From positions 2,790,001-2,854,000 of the forward strand of contig NC_043003.1 in the NCBI RefSeq assembly GCF_006345805.1: a DNA stretch of 64,000 bases, given 5' to 3'. Numbering within the stretch: the first letter of the stretch is position 1; each line of letters opens with the position of its first letter. The position numbers were made by a program, and so were the translations under genes. Below, piece after piece: positions 38,011 to 51,535 of this stretch. The notes beneath the pieces were generated by a model that ran no database searches, was not told the origin of the DNA, and saw only the letters and a list, made by a program, of their open reading frames with translations. This stretch comes from Octopus sinensis. Taxonomy: Eukaryota.

Positions 38011-38286
38011 TTTAATAAAAGTTTAGAAAAATAAATATACTAAAATAAATCTAGAATAAATATATTAAAATTTCAAAAATATTAAAAATAAATATACTAA
38101 AATATATTAAAATTTCAAAAATATTTATAAACAAAATATTTCTCTTATTGAATTGTTTTCTGAAAGATCCCTTAAGATCAAAAGTATGAGAAGAGAGAAG
38201 AGATGACCAGAATGGAATTTAGAAACTTGTTCTTATTATTTGAGGTCCTTTCATAAACGTTGAGGATAAAGGTGAGTGAACTAAAT

Positions 38287-38571
38287 CAGTGGTTCCCAAA
38301 CTTTTACAGGGTGCCACCCCCTTGGTTCTATGGCCGAATTCCTTGTGTACACCCTCTCAACTCACCATCACAGACATAGACCATTTTCTGCAGCAAATTC
38401 AGAACAACACTATTTCACAAATAAAACTTCACCAAATTAATCCTTTATTTTGTTTGTTAGTTTTTTTTTTTACCGTTTTGGTCACTCAATTATCGCCCCA
38501 TTTTTTATTCACCCCCCACTTGATCTTTCCACAGCCCCAGGGGCCAATACCACCCACTTTGGGAACCACTG
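38287..38571. mobile_element. hAT (Charlie-like) MITE with a perfect 8-bp TSD
   Basis: aactaaat|CAGTGGTTCCCAAA ... TTTGGGAACCACTG|aactaaat. Confidence 0.95.
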
Positions 38572-38871
38572 AACTAAATAATAGAAAGAATACAATTAAG
38601 CTTGCTGACATGACAGCATCCTGGAGTTATGAGACACTTTAGCTCAGCCATTTTGGCTCCACTTATTTCACTTTGCTGAATTAATGCTGACTTATTTGAC
38701 ATCAGCTATCTCAATATTTCTCTCTCTCTTTCTGTTTCTCTTTCCCCCTCTCTCTTTCTCTCTCTCTCTCTTTCTGTATACGTATATTTATGCACGTGTG
38801 TGTATGTTTATGTGTATGCGTGTCTCTATGTGTGTGTGTGTGTGCATGTTTAATAAATAGTAAATAATATA

Positions 38872-38901
<30 letters not shown>

Positions 38902-38902
<1 letters not shown>

Positions 38903-40057
38903 CATACATACATGTATGTGTGTATGTATGCATGTATGTATGTATGTATGTATGTGTGTATGTATGTATTTATGTATGTATGTGTGTATGTATGTATGTA
39001 TGTGTGTATATGTGTATGTATGTATGTGTGTATATGTGTATGTATGTATGTATGTATGTATGTATATGTGTATGTATGTATGTATGTATGTATGTATGTA
39101 TGTATGTATGTATGTATGAATGTATGTATGTGTGTATGTATGTATGTATGTATGTATGTGTGTATATGTGTATGTATGTATGTGTGTATATGTGTATGTT
39201 TGTATGTATGTATGTATGTATATGTGTATGTATGTATTTATGTATGTATGTATGTATGTGTGTATGTATGTATTTATGTATGTATGTATGTATGTATGTA
39301 TATGTGTATGTATGTATGTATGTATGTATGTATGTATGTGTGTATGTATGTATTTATGTATGTATGTGTGTATGTATGTATGTATGTGTGTATGTATGTA
39401 TTTATGTATGTATGTGTGTATGTATGTATGTATGTATGTATGTATGTATGTATGTATGTGTGTATGTATGTATGTGTGTATGTATGTATGTATGTATGTG
39501 TGTATATGTGTATGTATGTATGTATGTATGTATATGTGTATGTATGTATGTATGTATGTATGTATGTGTGTATGTATGTATGTGTGTATGTATGTATGTA
39601 TGTATGTGTGTATATGTGTATGTATGTATGTATGTATGTATGTATGTATGTATGTATGTATGTATTTATGTATGTATGTATGTATGTATGTATGTATGTA
39701 TGTATGTATGTATTTATGTATGTATGTGTGTATGTATGTATGTATTTATGTGTGTATGTATGTATGTATGTATGTATGTATGTATGTATGTATGTATGTA
39801 TGTATGTGTGTATGTATGTATGTATGTATGTATGTATGTATTTATGTATGTATGTATGTATGTATGTATGTATGTATGTATGTATGTATGTATGTATTTA
39901 TGTATGTATGTATGTATGTATGTATGTATGTATGTATATGTGTATGTATGTATGTATGTATGTATGTATGTATGTGTGTATGTATGTATGTATGCATGTA
40001 TGTATGTATGTATGTATGTATGTATGTATGTATGTATGTATGTATGTATGTATTTAT
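38902..40057. repeat. Long interrupted (TATG)n microsatellite, ~1.15 kb
   Basis: Direct reading; source of the MYVC-repeat pseudo-ORFs. Confidence 0.97.
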
Positions 40058-41864
40058 GTGTGTTGTTCAATGTAACCAATTGTTTTTCTAAACCCTCAGC
40101 AAAGTTTTGCCACTTGAAGAGGAAAAAATGTTGGAAACATCATCTTAAGGTAAACCTAAAAGGTACCAACCACGGAGAATATATTGTTGGCTAAAAACAG
40201 CAATCTTCATAAATGCAAATTCTTAAACATCAAGTAAAATCCAGAATCTGAATGAAACGATGACGGTGATCGGTGACAGCCATTCACATGAAAGAAAAAC
40301 CCCACAATGTTATTTTCTCCATCTCTCGTGGAATTTGAACTTACTAAACTTTTCCTGTAATCTTCCTCGTGCACAAGAGCGAGCAAGTCAATAAGGTCAC
40401 GTTACACGAGTAGCTATTATCTCGACAAATTGTCAAAGAACATTCCAAGAATTCAACCTGAAACAACTGGCCAGACTAAATTATAAATCTTTTAGATCAC
40501 AACAGATCTAAACACTAGTATCAATCCTGGTTGGGGGTCAATGGAATCATTAGGTCAACAGATCAAAACGATACCTGCTCTAGTCCTATGAGAATAAATA
40601 AAAATAAAACTGTTTATAAAATGCTCAGCATTTTGTAAAGAACTTCTAACAAAATGATTCCCGAAAAGACTTCCGCCCCCCCCCCCCCGCCATTTCTCCC
40701 AAATTTATTTATTTAAAAAAAATTCTTTTGTCAAAAAACCCCCGTTTTCGGATACGGAGGTTCTGAAAAATTGCCAAAAATCGGCATTATGACATTCCAC
40801 CCCCTTTCCCCTCCAAAATTCTTAAATTTTGACTTTTTTCCCCAACACTAACTCTAACCCTAAAAAGCCCTAACCCTAACTCTAACTGTAACTACAGAAA
40901 TGTCTTGAATTTTTTGTCAGAATTGTTATGTCGTAATTTTCCACATATTTAGAAAAAAAAATTCTTAAAAAAAATTTTACAAAAATTTTTGGAAATTGTT
41001 TTCAAAATCATAATTTCCATATTTTTTCGCATATTTTGACAAAAGAATTCTGAAAAAAATCAAGGAAATGAGGGTGAGGGTAATTTAAAAATGCCGATTT
41101 TTGCCAATTTTATTGCAGATTCGTATTCCCCATAGCCAAAAGTGGGGGTTAAAAAATGGGTGGTTTGGGGGTGGGAATGGGCGGAACTCTTGCCTGATTC
41201 CCTACGCGTGGCGGTAGCTGGCGACGCCAAAATCATATTGACTTTTGACATAAGCAGAAGACTTACAGATAATATACCAGTTAAATACTGTGACCAGTTA
41301 AATCGACAGCAGTATTTGACTAATACATGATTTTATTGAAACCGGGAGGGTGAACAACAATTTTGACATCGGTAAGATTTGAACTCGACACTGAAAGGGT
41401 CGTAACTAAATATGGCAAAGCATCTTGTCAGACGTTCTGGCAATTTACGAATTTACAGACGTTCAGCGCACATATTGATTTTGATTTCCAACATGGGTAC
41501 AAGGCCAGACGATGAAGACCAACACTAGTTCCAGATTGGTACTTATTTTATCGACACATACCGAAATCATATTTGCAACAATGATAACAGTGATCGCTTA
41601 TCAACCTATCCATCTAATTTCCAATAGTACAGAATCGTACGTGCTGCTTAGCCGTCAGCAACAGAGACTAAAAATAGTAAATTTTTCTCTAAGCTGCCAT
41701 TACTGAACGACATAAGTTATGGCGAATGAACAAAACTTTCAGCTCTTTAAAAACTAAAATCTTTTAGTAATCGCATACATACATACATACATACATACGC
41801 ACTCATAAATACACTCACACATATATACACAAGTACACACGCATCCATCCATCCTCGCATATAT

Positions 41865-41921
<57 letters not shown>

Positions 41922-42264
41922 ACAAATGAAAGACAGAAGATGGAATGTACGAGAATATATTATTAATCACAACAATTGTTTCAACACATCTAGCAACGAC
42001 TCCTCTTGTGGGACACTTAACAACTAGTTCAGGAGTATCCGGTGGTGCAGACGTATATCGTTGGGTGACAAATAAAAAAAAAATCGTTAAAATGACTGTT
42101 CCACAATGCAACTTTCTGTTTTGTAGAGAGAAAAACAGCCAGATGGAGGAAAATTCTTCATATGTATAGAAGATCCAAAAATAAAATTGCAGAAGACAAA
42201 AAGAGAAACGAACACTTAATCCATGGAGAATATCGGTCAAGTTTAACAAAATCTCGCTGGATTA

Positions 42265-42818
42265 AGAGGTTAACAACTGACAGGATCCTAGCTCTTCGTG
42301 TACTCATGAAACACAAGCAGAACTTTCGGTAAGAGCTGCTTTTAGCCTGTGTCTACCTCCATAAGGCGTTCGACTTGGTGAATAGGAATATACGAAGTGT
42401 CCTTCCTGAACTGGAGCTTCTTCAACTGATTGAGCTGATAATCACCTTGTACAGCGGAACAGTCAGTGTAGTTCGGATTGAGGGCTCGACATATGACTCT
42501 TTCCCAGTTAGATCATCAGGGTTGTGTCTTGGCTCCCACTCTGTCCAGAGCCTGCATGGATTGGATACTAGACTGAATGGTAACTCGATCGAGTTGTGCT
42601 GCATTCATTGGCGAAACCAGGATTACAGATTTAGATTTTGCTAACGAAGCAGTTATTCTTGCTGAGTCTCTGAAAGGAGAACCACTTGACCTTAGAGTCT
42701 CTTCTCAAGGCAAAGGTCCAGTCTTCTTGGAGGACTCCACCTCATCTGTCTCAGTTGTGCGTGAGAATGTCAAAGTCATTGACTGCTCCACTTATTTCGG
42801 AAGCAACATTCAAAGCAG
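42265..42818 (+). mobile_element. Degenerate RTE (BovB-like) LINE, RT region, 5' part
   Basis: TTDRILALRVLM, CVYLHKAFDLVNR, TDLDFANEAVILAESL, STYFGSNIQSS. Confidence 0.8.
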
Positions 42819-44834
42819 TGTAGCATAGACAAGGGTGAAATTCCTCTCTCCCATTTATTATATATACGTGCATTCTAACGTAGCAGGGAACAGCTAGCCT
42901 TTGGCTGCTATTTCGATCCCGTTGTGTCCACTAGTCTGATTGGTTTGTATTGGTGCAATTTGTCTCTTACACGATGGTGCCAACTTGCCGGCGTATAACC
43001 AGTCGAAGGCTCTAAATAGAATCACGCGGGACAGCCTGTTTACAACCTTGTTTTAGCCTATAGTTCCTTATAAAAACTCAGCTTTTCCTCGTTCCGAGGT
43101 CTGGTTCCAGACCTTTTAAGGTCTAGTCACTGACCACGAAGACACAGCCAGTTCCAGTGACAACGCCAGACGACACCAGTACAACAGCAGCAACGTTGAG
43201 ACACACCAACTTCGTCCAACAGCATTACGGTAACCTCCTTCGTCGCCACCATCATGTCCTTAATGTCGTCGACATCATCTCTCTACGTACACAGCTCAGC
43301 AAGCAATTCAACCAGGTTCCAACAGTTCGCTGTTCGTGAATTATTTCACCACAGATCAACAGCGAATATACAACCTGCATGAACAAGTGATCCAGGCAGC
43401 AGTAGCATCTCAACCACGACTTCACATACGACATGTACCCGTAACCAGCTCAGCATCATGGCCACGACTTCACGTACTACATGTACCCGTGACCGGCTCA
43501 GCATCTCAACCACGACTTCACATACGACATGTACCCGTAACCTGCTCAGCATCACAGCCACGACTTCACGTCCTACATGTACCCGTAACCAGCTCAGCAT
43601 CATGGCCACGACTTCACGTACTACAGGTACCCGTGACCGGCTCAGCATCTCAACCACGACTTCACATACGACATGTACCCGTAACCTGCTCAGCATCACA
43701 GCCACGACTTCACGTCCTACATGTACCCGTAACCAGCTCAGCATCATGGCCACGACTTCACGTACTACATGTACCCGTGACCGGCTCAGCATCTCAACCA
43801 CGACTTCACATACGACATGTACCCGTAACCTGCTCAGCATCACAGCCACGACTTCACGTCCTACATGTACCCGTAACCAGCTCAGCATCATGGCCACGAC
43901 TTCACGTACTACAGGTACCCGTGACCGGCTCAGCATCTCAACCACGACTTCACATACGACATGTACCCGTAACCTGCTCAGCATCACAGCCACGACTTCA
44001 CGTCCTACATGTACCCGTAACCAGCTCAGCATCATGGCCACGACTTCACGTACTACAGGTACCCGTAACCGGCTCAGCATCACAGCCACGACTTCACGTA
44101 CTACATGCACCCGTAACCGGCTCAGCATCACAGCCACGACTTCACGTACTACATGTACCCGTAATCGGCTCAGCATCACAGCCGCGACTTCACGTACTAC
44201 ATGTACGCGTAACCGGCTCAGCATCATGGCCACGACTTCACGTACGAAATGTACCCGTAACCGGCTCAGCATCACAGTCACGACTTCACGTACTACATGT
44301 ACGCGTAACCGGCTCAGCATCATGGCCACGACTTCACGTACGAAATGTACCCGTAACCGGCTCAGCATCACAGCCACGACTTCACGTACTACATGTACCC
44401 GTAACCGGCTCAGCATCATGGCCACGACTTCTAGATACAGTATTTCAACTATCGTGTGCGACTGACTACGGACTGGTAATATTTATCTTCCCGTGTCCAT
44501 GAACTTGCTTCTCACTTCAATGGCCATAGACACTGTCACTGTCTTATCGCCATCCTTAAATGTTCTTAACAGGCACATACACCTATGCATACACACATAC
44601 ATACACTTTGTTCTCATGAGGGCCTGTCTATTATTCTGTATTCAAGACGCACACACAGACACACTTGTTAACATATCAATAAATGTTCTCTTAATCATTC
44701 TTACTCGGTTGTGTCTCCTTTTCCCTCTGGCATTTATTTGTTTTGTTCAATTTCTCTTTATTGTAAGGGCTGTGTGATGTGGTACAAAAGAGCCATTTTC
44801 GTCACATCACATCGTACGATCCTTTACAGCAACA
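42819..44834 (+). mobile_element. Solo-LTR-like element inserted in the RTE, carrying a 48-bp minisatellite
   Basis: TGTAGC start and GCAACA end; ATTGG at 42939 and 42949, TATAAAAA at 43069, AATAAA near 44679; homologous blocks in the 22-kb and 46-47-kb copies; no clean TSD. Confidence 0.55.
43405..44430. repeat. 48-bp minisatellite, ~21 units, with higher-order structure
   Basis: Unit ccacgacttcacgtactacatgtacccgtaaccggctcagcatcacag, giving 16-aa repeats in the ORF track. Confidence 0.97.
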
Positions 44835-45381
44835 TTAGCTGCGATTCTGAAGTCCTAAAAAGACTTGGACGAGCTGATGCAGTTTTGAATTCATTGGACA
44901 AGGATGTTCGGCGCTGCGGGTATCTGAGCACGAGGAGAAAGGTTCGTGTTTTTAGGCCCCCTGTCGTTTCAATCCTGCTCGATAGTTGTGTAATGTGGAC
45001 ACTGTCCGGAGCCCTTAGGAGCCGCCTGAACTCCTTTGGTACCAGGACGCTTCATAAGATTATGGATTATCTTGGTTCGATTTCGTATCCAACCAACAAC
45101 TCTACCCAGAAGCTGAAATGCGTCATGTTACTTGTATGATTTGGTCATGTTGTCTGCTTACCATGTTCTCTTCACTGAGGATCCAACCGGGCTGACGGCT
45201 CGTGTTGGTCAACCATATGCCACATGGTCACAACAGATGAGGAGATATCTCGCGGAGATAGGGGGGAGTGGATTGGGATTTTGCTGGACGGGTCGCCCGG
45301 AAGGATCCGGGTATATACCGACAAATGGTGAATGCAGCATCACTCTGTAACTGCGCATGTCCCCACATTTGACCTGACCTG
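44835..45381 (+). mobile_element. Degenerate RTE LINE, 3' part with (GACCT)n tail
   Basis: SCDSEVLKRLGRADAVLNSLDKDV...KVRVFRPPVVSILLDSCVMWTL continues the 42265-42818 frame; ends gacctgacctga. Confidence 0.8.
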
Positions 45382-45431
45382 ATGTAAATATATTTCTATA
45401 TATATATGAGCGAACGAAAGCGCCTCTTTGC

Positions 45432-45565
45432 CAATGGTTCCCAATCTTTTCACTACCAAGGACCCTTTTTATTGAAATGAGTTTGTCAGCTTAGCATGTT
45501 CCCGGACCCCCAGTACTATCTCTTCGGAAAACAGCAACCCGCGGACTACAGGTCGGGAACCACTG
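45432..45565. mobile_element. Short hAT-like MITE
   Basis: caatggttcccaa ... tcgggaaccactg; TSD not preserved. Confidence 0.6.
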
Positions 45566-46019
45566 CCCTATACGATAGCTTGACCTGCTAGAAACAGCTG
45601 TTAAATCTCATTCAATTCACTCCCTCCCGTCTTAGAAAAGATGGCCACATTGAGTAATGTGGTTTAGGATGCACGGCCTGGAAGAAGGAAAAAAAGGATC
45701 GTCACGCGCTAAGCATCTTTGATCACGTGTCTAGTCAATTTAAATTTGGGGCTACGGCTAATCAACAACTTTTAATTTACTTTCATTTTTTATTTTTTAT
45801 CTGTTTCAGTAATTGGACTGCTGCCAGGCTGGAGCACCGCCTTGAAGGAATTAATCAAACAAATCGATCCCAGGATTTATTTTATTTCGTCTGGAACTTA
45901 TTCTATCGGTCTCTGTTACCGAATCGCTAAGTTCCAGGTACGTACACAAACCACCACCGGTTATCAAGCAGTGGATGGGGAAAACCACAAACGCAAACAT
46001 GCACGCACACGCACGCACG

Positions 46020-47033
46020 CGTAGAACGACCGTGCGAAAGGAGAGGTGGCGAATGAATGACTCCGTTAAACACCGCTCGGTCCCCTTACAATAAAAGCCA
46101 AAACATGGATAAATGAATAAGAGTGTCAGAAATAGAAGACGACACAACCGTTAGAAGGTTTAAGGGAAAGATTTCATTTAGATGTTAACATGTGGGTAGC
46201 AGAGTGTGTGTACGTGTGTGCATCATAAGTACACATATAATAAGAACAAAAATAATAGACAGGCCGTCATGCATACAATAATGTGTATGTGTGTACAAAC
46301 AAGGGTGTATGCGTGTGAGATAAAATACAGAGCATAGAAAGTGGTTACAATAGGACGCTAAATGAATGTTCAGACACAAGATGAAGATAGATACCAGTTC
46401 ATAGTAAGATACACAATAGTTGGAGTTCTGTACAAGAAGTTGAGGTCACAAGGCAGAACCGGTTACTACACGTGTGGTGTAGAGGTTGTGGAAACTATGC
46501 TGTGCCGGGTTACTTGATACAGGAAATTCTCGCAGTTTGAGTTTGCTGTTAACCATGGTGAAGTATTCACAAACAGTGAGAAGTTAAACCTGGGCGAATG
46601 TTAGCGTCGATAAGATGAAGGCGACGTTAAGATTGAAGGCGACATTAAGATTGAAGGCGACGTTAAGATGAAGGTAACGATGGTGAAGATCCGGAATACT
46701 GCTAGTGTTGTTTGTCGCTGACTGTCGCTAGAACTGGCTGTGTCGCTGGGTGCTCTGTGGTCAGTGACTAGACGTTAGAAGGTATAGAGCCAAAGACACT
46801 AGATTCGATGAATCGCTGTGTTTTATAGCAAATTATAGGCCCCAGCAGAGAATTTAGAAGACTGTGTCACGGGACCTTATCAGAAGGTTGCGATTAGTTG
46901 GGTTGCACAGTGGCGCGTAATACAGCAAGAAGCAAATTGCGCCAATGCCAACCAATCAGAGTAGTGAACACAACAGGGCCCAAGCGGCCGAAGGTTAGCT
47001 GTTATCTGCTACGTCCGTATTTGCGTTATATAT

Positions 47034-47090
<57 letters not shown>

Positions 47091-47248
47091 TCACTAAGGG
47101 TACGCTACACACGCAAATACACACAGGCGCGCGCGAAGCGTAGTTTTATGTGAATTACAGAAGTAAATGGACAAACGTTCAAAAGCAACATCTTGGCTCA
47201 GTCCTGGCGCATCGTCAGCCACTAATGTGACCCCCTTCGAATATAACA
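46020..47248 (-). mobile_element. Solo-LTR-like element
   Basis: Minus start TGTTATATTCG at 47248; double CCAAT at about 46941-46958; reverse TATAAAA near 46822; 3' blocks (ggcctgtctattatt, tgttaacat, cggttgtgtc, tttattgtaaggg) shared with 44610-44770. Confidence 0.55.
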
Positions 47249-50200
47249 TCATTATCTACTAACTCTTTTGCAGTAAATCATTATATGCTTCAGCTGCTGG
47301 GAACATTCCACAAGAGGAAATTCCCAAATAAGCCACAGCAAAAGAATTTGCGATCCATAATACAGATCCGAACATTAAGATCATTGGATTCATAGTGGGC
47401 CGTCATTATGTCAGAATTAGAATAACAACTCTCGCAGACTGTATAATCGAGCTGAAAGACGAGGTATGATGGATGAGAAGAATAGTGTAAAGTTCGAGGT
47501 GAAAAGATTTCTTTTTGTTTTGGAACCTCTCTAAACTCTGACCGGACAAAACATGCAGAAACTTAGTCATTGATTGAAAATCTGTTTTCCTTCTTCGGTG
47601 AATTGTAAACAGTTGGTTCTGATGGTTAAATAAGGAGTACGAAGAACTGGCTAGTGTGTATGTCGAAGACCTTCATTAAGATGACTGTGTAAGTCAGTCG
47701 TGGACAAATTGCGACCCGTAAGACTTTCTGAATGGTATGCCTAACAATAAATTACCTTGAGTTTTATTTGTAGTGCGGTCTGTCTGCTGATGAGCCACGT
47801 CTCATATGACCCGCTTCTCGAAAAAGAACTTAATGGTTCTCGAGCACTTCATGGTTCTTAACGAAAACTGTAAGATTCTCCTTACATTGTACCTGAAAAA
47901 AAACTTGGGTCATTTGAAATTTGTATTTCCCAACATTCAAATTGTATTCAGTTTCCATGAGTATGATGGTAACCAACTGTAAAAGACTGACACTTCCAAA
48001 GCATCAGCTTCTTATCAAAATCAACTACGTTTGAGCTGTCTTTTACGCATAAGCATGTATAATGACATTATAAAGACCGTTGAAGATGTTGCTCATCGTG
48101 AGCCGGGCTTCTGTTCGGATTTCACCCAACCCTGTCCTAACCCGTGAGCTTATAATGTTATTAACGAGGTCCTGTGCAGACGGCTACACCTCCGACATAT
48201 TTGTCAACTCTTATGTAGACCAGAATTCGAAAATTTTTCCCATGTTATTCTGTCTGTTAACTATTTATTTTCTTCAGTTCTACCAAATACACACTTATAC
48301 GCTGCTTATACCACTCATCCTTAACTTTCCACAGAGGCATCACCTAAGTTTCTATTCACGTCAAGCTGCGTGAATAGAAACTCAGAAAATATCCATCATT
48401 AGGTAGATGATAACTAGTTTCATACACAAATACCAAGATACGATAGCGACACATAAACACCACGCCAAGTTCTCAAAGATGTTACAGACACCAGGTCTCA
48501 ATTTCTGTTGATTTAATACCCTCCAAGAACTGTTAGGTCTTTTTCTGGATCAGAAAATACTCCGTTTCTAACCTTCTAAGCATCTTTATTAAGATCCAAA
48601 TGGAATATTACTCACATATCTGGGAAAATATTGCTACTTCACACGGAAACATCCCAGCAAGTTGGTTATAGCATCGGACAGAAAGCTTTTTCGTTCAGGC
48701 TCTCTATGCTCTGAGTTCAAATACCGGCAGTAGTGTAGTTAGGGAAGAGGGGGTACTGTCATGATCAGTCGTGTAATCCTGTATAGGCTTGGGGGCCCAA
48801 GGTGGGGTGGAAAACTCAAGGGGTGCCCCGGGCGGCACACACTCAGTCTACGTCACCGATTCCCGTCGAAGTCAACGTTGTTTTTTATCCTTTCATAGTC
48901 GAAAAATAAAGTACCCGTTTAGTACTCGAGTCGATTCTCCCTCTCTCTCCACTCTTCTCATCGCTTCTATGAAAAATCGCTGTGTTGAAATCTGGAGCGG
49001 GATATTCTCCGTCAGCTTTGAAACGCACAAAGCACGCCATATTTCACCACGGTGCCCCTACGACTCAACAACAAGAGTTGAGAGCTGAAGGCAGGAATAT
49101 TTATTGCCCAACACCCGACAACCAATGGCTCTCAAAGGCGCTGTTTTCTTTCTCTTCCTTTTCTAATGTTACTCCAAAATCATCTGCTCTTTTGAATTAA
49201 CTATCGCCAACTCCTTTCTCTTGCGTTCTCTTGACACACTTGTCTCTCAATTTCGTCATCCCGACTGTGTCTTACCACCCAGATCCCGCACTAAATTCTT
49301 TTCAATCGTTTCTTTTTAGAATAGCACTTTGGGAAAATCCCTCTCCGCCTACGTTTTTCTTGCAAGCATCGATCTACAGCTGTTCAAACTGATCATCAAT
49401 CACCCCAATCTCGCCAGTTTGAGAGAGAGTTTGTGAAGATTATCGATGCTGCCCTCTTCTGAATGAATAGTAAAAAAAAAAAGAACATTCCTCTGACCTT
49501 AAGTTGAACTTCAGTTAATTCTTCTGGTTCTGAAACGAGGAAACTTATGTCAACAATAATCCACATATGGTTTATGCCTTCTTTGACTTTTGATATTCAA
49601 CAATACCCTGTTTTTTTGTTTTTCTAGTTGAAATGATTGTTAGGAAGTAGGACAGTAATGAGTTAACGCATTCCAAACCGGCCCAACAAAAAGAAATTAA
49701 GTTAAAAAGGAATAGCAACGACTCCCCCACTCCGCACACCAAACCACCCCCTACAACTTTGGATGGGAATCCAATACAAACTACAGATACAAAAGAACAG
49801 GAAATACTCCCTAATTACTAAAACAAACAAAAACAAATCTGCTCATATTGAAAAGAAATTGAATAATAGGACCCATTCGAATTGAAAAACAAATATATTA
49901 TTTTTTTATGTTAAAATTGAATAAAAATTATATCATATTCGATATTAGTCATTCAGTTTGATTGATATTTTCTTTTATTTAATTAAATATTTTGAAAACT
50001 TTTTTCCCTCTTGGAATTATAATTCTATAATTCCTAATTTACTTCAATCATACAAAACAATAAACAAGTTATTCTTTCCTTACAAAATATGAGATAATTA
50101 AATATTTCAGAAATGTGGCATTAATAAAGCATAGGATGGTTTTTTGGGAGAAACAAAAACATTTTCTTTCTTTGACACTTTCCCCACTGAAAATGTTTTA

Positions 50201-50935
50201 TCTTTTCTCATTGATATTTTTTTTTTACTAAGGAACCAGGAAGCTGACTGCTGGTTTGATGTTCTAGGGACTGCTGCCATCAGTAAACGTTTGTCATCAG
50301 CAGCAGCAGAGCGGGGCGACCTAATTTTATAACATGGCGCACAACACTGCTTTCTCAGTGATGGACACTTTGGAGCTTTATAGGCTCAAGTGAACAGAAA
50401 AAATCCTACAAATACGTTTTCAATATTGAACAAATATATACATTGGATATATCTATTCATTTAGAAAATCTTTCGATATAGAGTAGTAAAATTCCTTGAT
50501 ACACATATTAAATATGCTTGTCTTTATCAAGTCATCAATGCTTGCCTCTACCGCAAGCTGTTTAGTCTGGGCATTAATGTTTAATTTCGTGCAAACGCAA
50601 TCCTCAGGTAGGTGACAGAATATTTTATTGAAAATTTAATATTATTCTTATCACAATGATCATTTTTTAATTCAATATTCCAGTTTTTTTCCAGCATTAT
50701 TTAATCCTTGTTTGAATATAGTAAAAGCATCGTCTGCCAAATGGAGCAGACTATCTTCAACTCTTTCATAATTTAATTGTAATTAAAATATAAACTTCTT
50801 GTTAATTATATATTAAAATAATAATTTAGTCTTATAATAAAACCAAGAATTAAATCTTTTCACTCAAAATGAGAAGAAAAAATACTGCCTTGGTTACAAA
50901 ATTTAGTTTTAAAAATATATTATTGTTATTATTAA

Positions 50936-50987
<52 letters not shown>

Positions 50988-51339
50988 ATATTGTGTAATA
51001 ATTACGATTAAGTAATGAACTCAGATTAATGATAATTTATTTTTTAATTGTTTTAATTTAAAATCAATATACTTTGTAATTTCTATCGATTGTTGCCCCA
51101 CAATCTCATAATAAATGTGAACATCCCTCATTTAAAAAGTAAATAATATGAGAGAGAGAGAGGAAAAAAAAGAAACAAAAACAAGCAACATTAATTAAAT
51201 GATATCGACAATGCAACAAGGTAGAAATGAATTGTAAGTTTTTATAGAAATAAAAAATAGAAACTTTAATTCAATACTTTCAACAGGATAATTCGATAAA
51301 AACCTAAAATTTACCATGCATATGACACGAGATCACTGC

Positions 51340-51396
51340 ATTATTATTATTATTATCATTATTATCATTATTATTATTATTATTATCATCATCATT

Positions 51397-51427
<31 letters not shown>

Positions 51428-51432
51428 TTATC

Positions 51433-51493
<61 letters not shown>

Positions 51494-51535
51494 CATCATC
51501 ATCATCATCATCATCATTATTATTATTATTATTGC
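51340..51535. repeat. Compound (ATT)n/(ATC)n microsatellite
   Basis: Direct reading. Confidence 0.95.

Noticed and set aside
38912-40194. 323-424-aa MYVC-repeat ORFs (also 51916-53341)
   Set aside because: Translations of (TATG)n microsatellites, which lack stops in several frames
36248-47248. Full-length LTR retrotransposon bounded by the 36-kb and 47-kb copies
   Set aside because: No PBS, PPT or gag/pol between them, and the 36-kb copy is truncated; treated as independent insertions
47300-49400. Possible degenerate coding region or transposon
   Set aside because: Composition is coding-like but the frames I translated are broken by stops and show no motif I recognise; needs BLASTX
32196-50332. 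Splicing the plus ATG exon at 32196 to the acceptor at 50234 (40-aa peptide)
   Set aside because: Phase match has a one-in-three chance, and the peptide has no recognisable homology
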